Numbered from the stretch's first letter, positions 19,009 to 28,682 are shown. The stretch is 64,000 nucleotides of DNA from Desulfobacterales bacterium (GCA_963668645.2 CAXXWC010000003.1:32001-96000); one strand, 5' to 3'. The notes: generated by a model from the letters alone, not told the origin. Program-made: numbers and translations.

Positions 19009-19752
19009 ATGATTTATAAAAGCCTTATTCTCGGCGTGCTGTTCAGCATCGGTATTTTCGCCGTCAAAAGCGGGGTCGGTTTTGCCTACGTGCTGGAGCG
19101 GCGCAAAGGTCTGCGGGCTGCGGCCGCCGTCCTGATCTTTGCCTCTGCCTATGGGCTGATCTTCGGCCTGGCAGCCCTGTTCCTGAAAAGGTTCGATCCG
19201 GTGCGTTTTTTACCGGCCTTTCAAACCTTCATTCAATCCGGGATGCTGGTTCATGTGGGCATGGCAGCCTTGATGATGGTCTGGGGCTGGGCGCTTTTGA
19301 AACGCCCCCGGTCCCGATCGGCGCAAACCAGGGGATGGCTGATCCTGGTGCTGCCCTGTCCGGTATGCGCCACGGTGGTTTTGCTGTCCTTGGGCTTCTT
19401 GCTCTCATTGCTGCCGGATCATTTTGGGGGGGTTGTCTGCGGCCTTTACACCGCCTTCATGCTGCTGAGCATGCTGGCCGCATGGGCGTTGCGACGATCC
19501 CAAAAGGCGCTGGACCAACCGTCCGAAACCCTCCTGGGTGGCGCCATGCTGCTGATCGCAGCATGGTTTTTACTGTCGGTGACGATCTTCCCCCAGTTTG
19601 CCGATCTGGATAAAATCTACCGCCTGGCCACTTACCAATCCGGCAGGCAGGCCCAGACCCCGCTTACCGGTCTCTGGCCGGCGATCCTGACCGGAGCATC
19701 CTTTGCCCTAGGCTACGGGTTCACCTACAAAAAAATAAGGAAACTCTCGTAA
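19009..19752 (+). CDS. DUF2162-like polytopic membrane protein (HmuT-like)
   Basis: Multiple TMs, FAVKSGVG and PCPVC motifs; position after the cobN-like gene. Confidence 0.75.
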   Translation: MIYKSLILGVLFSIGIFAVKSGVGFAYVLERRKGLRAAAAVLIFASAYGLIFGLAALFLKRFDPVRFLPAFQTFIQSGMLVHVGMAALMMVWGWALLKRPRSRSAQTRGWLILVLPCPVCATVVLLSLGFLLSLLPDHFGGVVCGLYTAFMLLSMLAAWALRRSQKALDQPSETLLGGAMLLIAAWFLLSVTIFPQFADLDKIYRLATYQSGRQAQTPLTGLWPAILTGASFALGYGFTYKKIRKLS

Positions 19753-20387
19753 TGGATCTGGGTGCACTGCTCAAAACCTTCATCTATCTCGTGTCATCCT
19801 CGCTGCTTTACCCGGTGCTGCTGCTGCTGGCCGTGCTGGTGCTGCTGATCATCGCCTATGCCGGCTCGTTTTTCGCCGAGTGGCTGGAAAGGGTCAGGCT
19901 GCAAGGCTGCCCGGCCCAGGATCTGCCGGCTTTGCTTAGAACCGGCGAAGCTGCCGGCGTCTTTTCCCACCGGGTCAACCGCTATATCCAGGCATTGCGC
20001 TCAACCAGAGAAAACGCCGCCGGCGACGAGATCGCCGTAGAAAATCTGTTTCAGGACACGACCCTGAAGCTTTGGAAATCCATGGATCGGCTGCGGATAC
20101 TAGTACGGGCGGCGCCTTCCCTGGGCCTGATCGGCACGCTGATTCCCATGGGCACCGGGCTTGCGGCCCTGGGACAGGGCGACATGACCAAATTGACCAC
20201 CGACCTGGTCATCGCCTTTACCACCACGGTGGTCGGTTTGGCTGTCGGCACATCGGCGTTTTTCTTTTACACGATTCGCCGCCGCTGGATCGAAGAGGAC
20301 ATCAAAAACATGGAGCTGGCCACCGAATTGGCCATGAACGCGAAAGAGAAGGCCTGCGATGAAGTATCTGCAACAACGACGAATTAG
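19752..20387 (+). CDS. MotA/TolQ/ExbB proton-channel family protein (HmuU-like)
   Basis: APSLGLIGTLIPM...LVIAFTTTVVGL. Confidence 0.9.
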   Translation: MDLGALLKTFIYLVSSSLLYPVLLLLAVLVLLIIAYAGSFFAEWLERVRLQGCPAQDLPALLRTGEAAGVFSHRVNRYIQALRSTRENAAGDEIAVENLFQDTTLKLWKSMDRLRILVRAAPSLGLIGTLIPMGTGLAALGQGDMTKLTTDLVIAFTTTVVGLAVGTSAFFFYTIRRRWIEEDIKNMELATELAMNAKEKACDEVSATTTN

Positions 20388-20730
20388 GAAGGCAGGCCGG
20401 GCCTTCGGCGATCAGGCGTTCGCAGACGATGATCCCATGACCGGGGTGGCCAACCTGTTTGATATCGGCCTGGTGTTCATCGTCGGGCTGCTCATGACCC
20501 TTTTCAGCGCCTACCATCTTCAGGACCTCTTTGATAGAACGTCGCAAATGACCATCATGAAGCAACACAGCTCCGGAGAGATGGAAATCATCGTCAAAAA
20601 GGGGACCCAGATCAAGGCCACCAGAGTGACTCAGGATACGGCCAAGGGTCGGGGCAGCCGTCTGGGAGTGGCCTACCGTCTGGAAGACGGCTCCATGGTT
20701 TACGTGCCCGATGAAAATGCGCCGCGCTAA
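20359..20730 (+). CDS. DUF2149 protein (HmuV-like)
   Basis: DDDPMTGVANLFDIGLVF...G.RLGVAYRLEDGSMVYVP. Confidence 0.85.
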   Translation: MKYLQQRRIRKAGRAFGDQAFADDDPMTGVANLFDIGLVFIVGLLMTLFSAYHLQDLFDRTSQMTIMKQHSSGEMEIIVKKGTQIKATRVTQDTAKGRGSRLGVAYRLEDGSMVYVPDENAPR

Positions 20731-20746
20731 GGAAAGAAACCGCCAA

Positions 20747-22696
20747 ATGAAAAACGCAAAAGCCCCAACCATGAATTCGAGGCAGGAAAACGGATGCTTT
20801 TATCGAAGAGCAAACCCGTTCCTGCCTGCTATCCTGTGGGCGATCGTGTCCGTTTTGCTGACTTGCCCTCCCGGGGCATATGGGCAGCATCACGATGCGA
20901 ACGATGAGGCCCCGCTAGTTCTGGATACCATGGTGGTCAACGCCGAGCGGATCGAGGATTACGTGCAAAGCAATCCCAACCAGGTCGTGGTGCTGGGGCG
21001 TGACGAGATTCTGCAACGCAACATGCTCAGCGTGGAGGAAGCCCTGGGCACCATGCCCGGGGTGGACGTGAAACGAAGTCCGGGGATCGGGGCAAGAATT
21101 TCCATCCGCGGCTCCGGCAAAAGCACCGGGGTGCGGGTACTGCTCAACGGCAGGCCCCTGAACAACAGCCAGTACGGCGGGGTGGACCTTTCCGTCATCC
21201 CCATCGACATGGTCGCCTCCATCACGGTGTTCAAACCGCCGGTGCCGGTATGGCTGGGCCCGGGGGCCAGCCAAGGGGCCATCAGCATCGTGACCCGGAC
21301 CTCAACGGCAAAAGACAAAGACGAGAAAAAACACACCACCCGAGTCCGCACCTCCGGCGGCTCCTACGGCCTGACCGAGACAAGCGCCAGCCACCGGGCC
21401 AAGCTGGATTCGGGCTCGCTCATGGTTTCGGCCTCCGCAAATCACCGGGACGGCAAACGGACCAACAACGACAGGGACAACGGCAACGCGACCTTGCATT
21501 ATGACAAAGAGATCGCCGCAGTCCACCGGCTGGAGTTCGACGCCCGCTATAGCGTATCCGAAAACGGTTCGGTCGGCCCCCTGGACAACCCCACGCCGGA
21601 CGCCCGCCAGTCTTACGACAAGGGCTCCATCGACAGCCGGATAAGCGGCATCTTGGGCGACAGCGGCGATTACGCCGTCAACCTGTACGCGGATACGATC
21701 CACCTGGAAGATGAAAGCCAGTCCGGTTTCACCTCCACCCTCGACGACGAAAAGTACGGGCTCAAATGGGAATACAACTGGAGCGACGCCCAGGCCCTGT
21801 GGGCCGTGCGGGCCAACGGCCTCCTGGAGCACGACCAGCTGGACCATACCCTGTCGGGCCGCCATCACCGGGACAGCGCCGGATTGGGGGTCCAGGCGGA
21901 CCGCAACTGGAAAACGGTCACGCTGACCTTCGGCGCCAGGGGCGACGATACCAGCGGGTTCGGCTTCAATCCGGGCTTTTCCGCCGGCCTGAGATACGCT
22001 TTGGCCCGGGACTGGTCGCTGAAGGTCAACGCGGGCTACACGGTAAGCATTCCCAGTTTCGGCCAGCTCTATCAGCCCAGCCACGGCAGCATCGACCAGG
22101 TCAGGGGCAATCCGGACCTGGCCAAGGAGAAAATCTATTCCACCGACGCCACCCTGGAATTTCGCCCGAACAAGTCCCACCTCTTCCAGGTCACCTTTTT
22201 CCGCAGCGATACCCATGACCCGATCCTCTACCGGCGCGGTTCCGACCTGATCTTCCAGCCCACCAACGGCGACCGGTCCTGGCGCCACGGTCTGGAAGCG
22301 ACCTGGAAATATGTCCTGGACACCGGTCTGAGCATCGATGCCAACGCCATCGTACAGGATTCGCAGGTGGAGGAGACCGGCAACGAACTGACCTATACCC
22401 CCAAGGTGCGGGGCAAGCTCACCTTCCAGTATACTTTCAAAAGACCCGGCACCCGCCTGGAAGCCGCGATACGATACTGCGGCGAGCAGTTCAGCGAGAT
22501 GGAAAACCGGGAATCCCAGCGCCTCGACGATTACATCACGGCCGATATCAAGACTGTCCAGCCGTTTACAATCAAACAGATCGCCGCCGAGTGGTTCCTG
22601 AACGTCGACAACCTGTTCGACAACGGCTACGAGGTCCACTTCGGGTATCCGGACGACGGCATCCGGTTTGTCTCGGGTCTGAATCTGACGTTTTAA
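20747..22696 (+). CDS. Second TonB-dependent receptor (start uncertain, 20711-20771)
   Basis: TonB box LDTMVVNA; ISIRGS...VLLNGRP plug; GNPDL..E; C-terminal NLFDNGY...SGLNLTF. Confidence 0.9.
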   Translation: MKNAKAPTMNSRQENGCFYRRANPFLPAILWAIVSVLLTCPPGAYGQHHDANDEAPLVLDTMVVNAERIEDYVQSNPNQVVVLGRDEILQRNMLSVEEALGTMPGVDVKRSPGIGARISIRGSGKSTGVRVLLNGRPLNNSQYGGVDLSVIPIDMVASITVFKPPVPVWLGPGASQGAISIVTRTSTAKDKDEKKHTTRVRTSGGSYGLTETSASHRAKLDSGSLMVSASANHRDGKRTNNDRDNGNATLHYDKEIAAVHRLEFDARYSVSENGSVGPLDNPTPDARQSYDKGSIDSRISGILGDSGDYAVNLYADTIHLEDESQSGFTSTLDDEKYGLKWEYNWSDAQALWAVRANGLLEHDQLDHTLSGRHHRDSAGLGVQADRNWKTVTLTFGARGDDTSGFGFNPGFSAGLRYALARDWSLKVNAGYTVSIPSFGQLYQPSHGSIDQVRGNPDLAKEKIYSTDATLEFRPNKSHLFQVTFFRSDTHDPILYRRGSDLIFQPTNGDRSWRHGLEATWKYVLDTGLSIDANAIVQDSQVEETGNELTYTPKVRGKLTFQYTFKRPGTRLEAAIRYCGEQFSEMENRESQRLDDYITADIKTVQPFTIKQIAAEWFLNVDNLFDNGYEVHFGYPDDGIRFVSGLNLTF

Positions 22697-22711
22697 GAAG
22701 ATGCAAAAAAA

Positions 22712-23602
22712 GTGAATCGAACGCTTTATCTTCTCAGCGCCTGGTGTCTGCTGGCCGCCGTCTGCCCCTTTGAAAACCACCCAGTATCGGCGGCCGATGG
22801 GTGTCCTGCCTACCTGTGGATCGCTTGCGGCGACCAGACGCGGGAAAAAGACGGCTCCGTTACCCAGCGCTACCAGATCCTCACAAACGGCGGGTCCTGG
22901 CCGGATTGCCGGTCGGACGCCGGCCTGCATGCCGTTTACACCGCCGCCGGCCGGTATTCACCGGCAAAAGGCTACCACGGAATGCCGGTCTACCGCCGGG
23001 TACCGGTCGTATGCACCGGGGACGAGGCCTACCTGGATATCAACGCCAGGGCGAACACCCTGATCGACCTGTATGTATATGGAGTGTGCGGCGGCAAACG
23101 CTTTATGGCGCAAACCAATCATCCGCTGTACGGCAGGGCCTCGTCCGAAATCCGCCCTTTAGAACAGCCCGCCGCGACCCTGCCCGGGGACATCCCCCGC
23201 CTCCTGCTGGAACCGTCGCGGCGCAGATACCACATGCAAACAGGCCAGACCTACCGTTTCACTTACACGGGCGGGGGCCGTGCGGTGCAATCGGCGACAA
23301 TCATTGAAGATCAAAAACCTGTAGAACAGATTGCCGTTACCCCGGCAGGAGCGCTAGAATACACCCCTGCCCATGATCCCGACCTGGACCGGTCCGGGGC
23401 CTATGACACCAAGGAGGCGGTGGTGCTGGTCGAAGAAGCCGGCGACGGCGGCGGCCGCTTCGCCACCACCTTTACCTTGCTGCTGCACCGCTCCATCTAC
23501 GCCCATTCCAGGCTGTCACCCGGACTGGCGCTTTTCGCCGCCACCGCAGCGGCGGTTCTGGTTCTGGTCTTGGCCAATAAAAGGAGGCCCTGGTACCGGT
23601 GA
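22712..23602 (+). CDS. Hypothetical exported protein with C-terminal membrane anchor
   Basis: N-terminal signal-like segment; C-terminal GLALFAATAAAVLVLVL-KRR; tightly packed in operon. Confidence 0.7.
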   Translation: MNRTLYLLSAWCLLAAVCPFENHPVSAADGCPAYLWIACGDQTREKDGSVTQRYQILTNGGSWPDCRSDAGLHAVYTAAGRYSPAKGYHGMPVYRRVPVVCTGDEAYLDINARANTLIDLYVYGVCGGKRFMAQTNHPLYGRASSEIRPLEQPAATLPGDIPRLLLEPSRRRYHMQTGQTYRFTYTGGGRAVQSATIIEDQKPVEQIAVTPAGALEYTPAHDPDLDRSGAYDTKEAVVLVEEAGDGGGRFATTFTLLLHRSIYAHSRLSPGLALFAATAAAVLVLVLANKRRPWYR

Positions 23603-24567
23603 TGGTGTCTCGATTACGGGTTGCCACCCAGCATCTCATGTTTCTGGTACTCACTTATGGCGGCAGGGTCGGCATCGGCCTGGGATATGCCCTGCCCTGC
23701 TTTTCCTGCCCCTTTGTTTTCGGATGCGGCGGCGGCTGCTATCTGATGGCCCTGCAAAGCAGTTGGTTGGGCCTGCAGATGTCATGGGCCAACATGGCCA
23801 CCGACATGGGATTGGAAGCGCTGCGGTATGTGGGACTTTTTTTCCTGCTGGCCGCTTTGCTGAACAAATTCTGGTGCGGCTGGATCTGTCCTTTCGGCCT
23901 GGTCCAGGATTGGCTCACCTTTTTGCGCAAACGGCTGGCCATCCGTGAAGCCGGCTTCAGTTGGCTGACCCGGGACCGGCTCAAAGCGGTCAAATACGTG
24001 CTGCTGGCCTATCTGCTGATCGTGCCGTTGTTGATCGCCCATGCGGGGCTGCATTCGGATTTCAATCTGCCGTTTTGCCGCATCTGCCCGGCCAAGCCGC
24101 TCATGCCGCTGTTTGTCGGCGATACGCGGCACCTGGCCCTGGATTTCACCAATTCGGTCACCCTGGGGTTCACGGTCCTTTCGGTGGCCATCGCCGGCGG
24201 CATGCTGGTGGGCATGTTTTTCAAGCAGCGGTTCTTCTGCTATTTCTGCCCTCTGCTGATATTGATTCATATCGTCCGCAAAATCAGCCCGATACGCTTT
24301 GAGAAAAATGTCGACGGCTGCACCGGCTGCGGCAATTGCCAGCGCATGTGTCCCATGGATATCCGCGATGTGCATGAACAAAAAACGCACCAGGACGTAC
24401 TCAGCGAGGACTGCCTCCTGTGTATGACGTGCACGGAGTCCTGCCCGGCAGACGAAGTATTGAGTGTTCGTTTATTCAAATGGCCGCTTTTCAGCTCATC
24501 ACGCGATTACGTGGCGCGCCGTTTTATCAAGAGAAAGCCGAATCGTGAAAGACAGCCCCCCGTCTAG
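23599..24567 (+). CDS. 4Fe-4S-binding membrane protein (NapH/MauN-like)
   Basis: WCGWICPFG, FCRICP, FFCYFCP and two CxxCxxCxxxCP ferredoxin motifs; several TMs. Confidence 0.88.
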   Translation: MMVSRLRVATQHLMFLVLTYGGRVGIGLGYALPCFSCPFVFGCGGGCYLMALQSSWLGLQMSWANMATDMGLEALRYVGLFFLLAALLNKFWCGWICPFGLVQDWLTFLRKRLAIREAGFSWLTRDRLKAVKYVLLAYLLIVPLLIAHAGLHSDFNLPFCRICPAKPLMPLFVGDTRHLALDFTNSVTLGFTVLSVAIAGGMLVGMFFKQRFFCYFCPLLILIHIVRKISPIRFEKNVDGCTGCGNCQRMCPMDIRDVHEQKTHQDVLSEDCLLCMTCTESCPADEVLSVRLFKWPLFSSSRDYVARRFIKRKPNRERQPPV

Positions 24568-25789
24568 CGCAAAACTGCGTTACCAAAGGTTGTTGCAGAA
24601 GATCCGGCGGGAAACCCGCCAGGAGTTCGAATCGGCCCGATCCCGGCTGGGCCAGCGCGCCGATTATGATCCGGTCTGGGCGTATTTTCTCGATCTGCTG
24701 ATGCGCTCGGCGGCCCCGGACATGCTGCGCCAGGCCATCGGCCGGCCCCTGGTGGAGCATCTTTGCAACCAGGCTCCTTTTGAGCTGTTCCATGCCATGG
24801 GCGTTCATCCGGTCCGCTTGGGCAGCGGCTGCCATGCCGTGGGACGCTTGTCGGCTTCCGGATTTCCCGTGCTCATGTGCCCCATGCTGAAAGCTACCGC
24901 CGGGATGATGCAGCTGCACGACAACCGGGGACAATCCGGTGAGACGCCCCGGGTGATCCCCACGACCTGTGACTGGGTGGTGCAATTTCCGCAATTGACC
25001 AATGGACAACCCGGAAAGGACTGTTTTCTCGAACTGCCCCATCTGCGCCAAAGCGAAAAAGCGCAGGAGCGATGGTTGGAGGAAGTCTACGGTCTGGTCC
25101 GCTTTCTGGAAGAACGGACCGGGCGCCGGTTGAAACGCAAAGCGCTGGCAAACTCCATTCGCATCTTCATGGACGCATGGCAGGCCCTGGGACACATGAT
25201 CGAAGCCAGAAGAAAGGGGGCTCTGGCCGCGGTCTGGTTCACGGCGGTGGCCAACAGTTTCATGCTCGACCCGATTGAGGTCTGGACCGAACACGTCTTA
25301 AAGGCGCTGGAAGCCATCCGGGCTGCTCCCCATGCCTGCGGTGGCAATGCGGTCTTTTTGGCCGGCGCGCCCATCATTTTCCCGAACTTCAAGCTGCTCG
25401 AACTCGTCGAGGCGGCCGGCATGCAAATCATTGCGGACGATCTGTGCACTTGCGAGCGCATCTTTCCCGGAGCGGTCTGTTTTGACGATCCTTCGTACCA
25501 CGGGATGCTGCGCGCCCTGGCGCAACGTTATCATGAGGGGTGCATCTGCCCCACCTTTGCGGACAATGAACGGCGCATCAACAGCATCCTCAATACCCTG
25601 CGCCAGCACCCGATCCGCAGTGTCATCCACCACGTGATCAAAGGGTGCCATCCATTCGATATCGAAGGCTTTTGTCTTGAGGAGAGGTTGAAGCTGGAGG
25701 GATACAACTTTTTGAAGATCGAAACCGATTACGTCCAGGAGGATAGTCAGAATCTGTTAACCCGCCTGGAGGCCTTCGGACAGATATAA
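24545..25789 (+). CDS. 2-hydroxyacyl-CoA dehydratase-family protein, double-cubane cluster protein (DCCP)-like
   Basis: Cys motifs HLCNQAP, LMCPMLK, TTCDW, DDLCTCER, GCICPTF, KGCHPF; C-terminal KIETDY..EDSQNLLTRLEAF. GTG start inferred. Confidence 0.8.
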   Translation: MKDSPPSSAKLRYQRLLQKIRRETRQEFESARSRLGQRADYDPVWAYFLDLLMRSAAPDMLRQAIGRPLVEHLCNQAPFELFHAMGVHPVRLGSGCHAVGRLSASGFPVLMCPMLKATAGMMQLHDNRGQSGETPRVIPTTCDWVVQFPQLTNGQPGKDCFLELPHLRQSEKAQERWLEEVYGLVRFLEERTGRRLKRKALANSIRIFMDAWQALGHMIEARRKGALAAVWFTAVANSFMLDPIEVWTEHVLKALEAIRAAPHACGGNAVFLAGAPIIFPNFKLLELVEAAGMQIIADDLCTCERIFPGAVCFDDPSYHGMLRALAQRYHEGCICPTFADNERRINSILNTLRQHPIRSVIHHVIKGCHPFDIEGFCLEERLKLEGYNFLKIETDYVQEDSQNLLTRLEAFGQI

Positions 25790-25802
25790 AGGATACAAAG
25801 AG

Positions 25803-26594
25803 GTGACTGAAGTGGAAGCAGGTGGATTGACTGTCGGCATCGACTTGGGAAGCACCGCCATCAAGCTGGTATTTGTGGAAAATCGGGAACTCGTATGGAA
25901 AAAGGCCGTAGCCACGGTGCCGGGGCAATCGGAAATCGCCGACCGGCTCACGGCCGAAGGACTCGAGGCCCTGGGGCGCAGACCGCGGCAGATCCGGGCC
26001 GTGGCGGTCACCGGATACGGCAAAGGCCTTGTCCGCTGCGCCCATAAGGTCATCGATGAAGTCAGCGCCAACGCCCTGGGGGTGTTTCTGCTCAGCAGGA
26101 GCAGGGCCCGCACGGTGATCAACATCGGCGGCCAGGACGTCAAGGCGATCCGGCTTTCGGACACCGGCAAACTGATCGATTTCAGGATGAACGACAAATG
26201 TGCCGCCGGAACCGGCCGCTTTTTCGAAGTGGCGGCCCGCATCCTGGACACACCGGTGGACGCTTTCGGCACCCTGAGCCAGGATGTGACAGACCCTGTC
26301 AACATCAACAGTACCTGCGCGGTTTTTGCCGAAAGTGAAATTGTCGGCCTGATGGCCAAAGGGATCGCCAAAGAACGGATCATCCAGGGGCTCCACGAGT
26401 CGGTGGCGCGGCGCATTGCCAACCTGGTCGGAAGCCAGGATCTGGAGGACGATTTCTACCTGGATGGCGGCTCGGCCAATAACCGCGGCCTGGTGACCGC
26501 CATTGAAGATGAACTGTTCCGCGAGGTCCAGGTACTGCCTTTGCCGCAGTTTACCGTCGCCTACGGGGCGGCCCGGTCCCTGGAAGCGCGATGA
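25803..26594 (+). CDS. ATP-dependent activase/reductase (HgdC/BadF-BadG/DCCP-R type, ASKHA fold)
   Basis: GIDLGST, TGYG, IGGQD, MNDKCAAGTGRFFE, STCAVFAESE. Confidence 0.92.
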   Translation: MTEVEAGGLTVGIDLGSTAIKLVFVENRELVWKKAVATVPGQSEIADRLTAEGLEALGRRPRQIRAVAVTGYGKGLVRCAHKVIDEVSANALGVFLLSRSRARTVINIGGQDVKAIRLSDTGKLIDFRMNDKCAAGTGRFFEVAARILDTPVDAFGTLSQDVTDPVNINSTCAVFAESEIVGLMAKGIAKERIIQGLHESVARRIANLVGSQDLEDDFYLDGGSANNRGLVTAIEDELFREVQVLPLPQFTVAYGAARSLEAR

Positions 26595-26708
26595 TGGATG
26601 GACACGCTCGAAAACCAGAACCCGGCCCCGGCATCCCATATCGATTGGAATGCAACATCGTCTCGATATCGGCTTGCTGAAAAACAGACGGAAGAGAGAT
26701 CCAACCCC

Positions 26709-27497
26709 ATGACGCCCCCTATCATCGTGGCCGCCTTCGGTACCACCAGCCAGGCCCGTGCGGTCTATGACCGGGTCGATGCCCGCTTGAGGCAGCATTT
26801 CGCCGATCATGAAATCCATTGGGCCTTTACTTCGCGCATCGTCCGCCGGCATCTGAAAACCCACCGGATCGCTACCCGGTCGCCGGCCGAGGTGCTGGCG
26901 GGCCTGGCGGCCCAGGGTCATCGCTGGGCCGTTGTGCAATCACTGACCATGATCTGCGGCCATGAATTCTATCGTCTGGTCAGCGAGGTCCAACACCCGA
27001 CCTGCCGTGTCAGCGTGGGCCACTCCCTGCTGTGCAGCCCCCACGATCACCATGCCGCCGCCCTGGCCCTGGCACCTGTTCTCACCCGGGATGAATCCGA
27101 AGCCGTCGTGCTGGTGGGCCATGGCACCGACCATTGCGCCTGGACCACCTATCCGGCCTTCTATCAGCGCCTCGGGCAGATGTACGGCCAGAGGGTCTTT
27201 GGCGGCATGATCGAAGAGGGCTGGCCCGACCGGGATAACATCATCGGCAAGATTGTGGACGCCGGTTTTCACCGGGTGCGCCTGGTGCCCTTCATGCTGG
27301 TGGCCGGCGTTCACTTCCAGGAGGACCTGGCCGGCCCTGAAGACTCCTGGAAGACGGCCCTGGAAGCCCAAGGCATTCAAGTCGTATTGGAAAGCGAATC
27401 GCTGGGTCCGCGCTTGCCGATTATCGACATATTTGCCGAACATATCCGCAGCGCACTGGAGGTGATTCCGGAAACAGAAGGCCCCGGGGAGCAGTAG
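26709..27497 (+). CDS. cbiK: Sirohydrochlorin cobaltochelatase CbiK (no signal peptide)
   Basis: AAFGTT, WAFTSRIV, VVQSL...GHEF, LVGHGT, PFMLVAGVHF.EDLAG..DSWK. Confidence 0.88.
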   Translation: MTPPIIVAAFGTTSQARAVYDRVDARLRQHFADHEIHWAFTSRIVRRHLKTHRIATRSPAEVLAGLAAQGHRWAVVQSLTMICGHEFYRLVSEVQHPTCRVSVGHSLLCSPHDHHAAALALAPVLTRDESEAVVLVGHGTDHCAWTTYPAFYQRLGQMYGQRVFGGMIEEGWPDRDNIIGKIVDAGFHRVRLVPFMLVAGVHFQEDLAGPEDSWKTALEAQGIQVVLESESLGPRLPIIDIFAEHIRSALEVIPETEGPGEQ

Positions 27498-27506
27498 CGC
27501 CCCCCT

Positions 27507-28682
27507 TCACGCGGCCCAGACCCCAGGGATCTGTGTTCCACAAAATCGGCAACACCCGGCCTCCATCTCGTTGCGGGTAAGAAAATAGCCGCGCCGTTCG
27601 ATGATCATCCTGCCGCAGTGGTGGCAGTAAGTATGGTTGCCTTCGTGGCCCGGCACGTTGCCCACGTATACGTAGCGGATCCCCATATCCATGGCGATGC
27701 GCCGCAAGCGGCTCAAGGTCTTTACCGGGGTGGGAGCCAGGCGGTCGAGCTTGTACTTGGGAAAAAAGCGGGAAAAGTGCAAAGGATGATCCGGCCCCAG
27801 GCGGTCGAGGATCCAGCGGCACATATCGCCCACCATGCCATCGTCGTCCACGTAGCCGGGCACCACCAGGTTGGTCATCTCGAAATGCACCCCGGCTGCG
27901 TGCAGGGTTTCGAAGGTGTTCAGAATGGGCTGCAACCGGGCGCCGTTGAGCCGGCGGTAGATGGCGTCGCTGAAGGATTTGAGGTTGACGTTGGCCCCGT
28001 CGATGACGGCGCATAGCCGGCGCAACGGTTCGGGGTTGATATAGCCCGCCGAGATCAGCAGGTTGCGTATCCCGGCGGCCCGGGCCCGCTGGGCCGTATC
28101 GTACATGTACTCGTAAAAGGTGATCGGCTCGCTGTAGGTATAGGCGATGGATGTGGCCCCGGCCGCCGAGGCGGCCTCCACCACCTGGTCGGGAAAAAGT
28201 TCGCGGTGGTGCACGTCCTCGGGCCGCACCTGGCTAATCTCCCAGTTCTGGCAGTTGAGACAGCGCAGGTTGCAGCCGGCCGCGGCGATGGAAAAGGCCC
28301 GGGTGGCCGGCAGGAAATGAAAGAGTGGTTTTTTTTCCACCGGATCGAGGTTCACCGCACACGGGTTGCCGTAGCTCAGGGAAAAGAGCCGCCCCTCAAA
28401 ATTGACCCGCGCGCGGCAGATCCCGCGGTCCCCCGGCGCCAGGTTACAACGGTGGGGGCAAAGCCCGCAGACGACCCGCCCCGCATCCAGGGGCCGGTAA
28501 TCCATGGCCTCCCGGGACCACGGCCAGAGCGCTTTGGGCCCGTCGCCGCGAAAGACCTGTCCGCGAATATCGTCCTGCGCAGCCCAAACCGCCGCCGGCG
28601 CCCCTGCAAAACCGGAAATGGCCAGGGTGCCCAGGGCCGCGCCGGAGCGGCACAAGAAACGCCTGCGGGTCAGGTCTTCCAT
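27507..28682 (-). CDS. amrS: AmmeMemoRadiSam system radical SAM enzyme with twin-arginine signal
   Basis: CGLCPHRC, DPVEKKPLFHF, GCNLRCLNCQNWEISQ (CxxxCxxC), AYTYSEP, HFSRFFP, YVYVGNV; N-terminus MEDLTRRRFL...AVWA. Confidence 0.92.
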   Translation of the reverse strand: MEDLTRRRFLCRSGAALGTLAISGFAGAPAAVWAAQDDIRGQVFRGDGPKALWPWSREAMDYRPLDAGRVVCGLCPHRCNLAPGDRGICRARVNFEGRLFSLSYGNPCAVNLDPVEKKPLFHFLPATRAFSIAAAGCNLRCLNCQNWEISQVRPEDVHHRELFPDQVVEAASAAGATSIAYTYSEPITFYEYMYDTAQRARAAGIRNLLISAGYINPEPLRRLCAVIDGANVNLKSFSDAIYRRLNGARLQPILNTFETLHAAGVHFEMTNLVVPGYVDDDGMVGDMCRWILDRLGPDHPLHFSRFFPKYKLDRLAPTPVKTLSRLRRIAMDMGIRYVYVGNVPGHEGNHTYCHHCGRMIIERRGYFLTRNEMEAGCCRFCGTQIPGVWAA

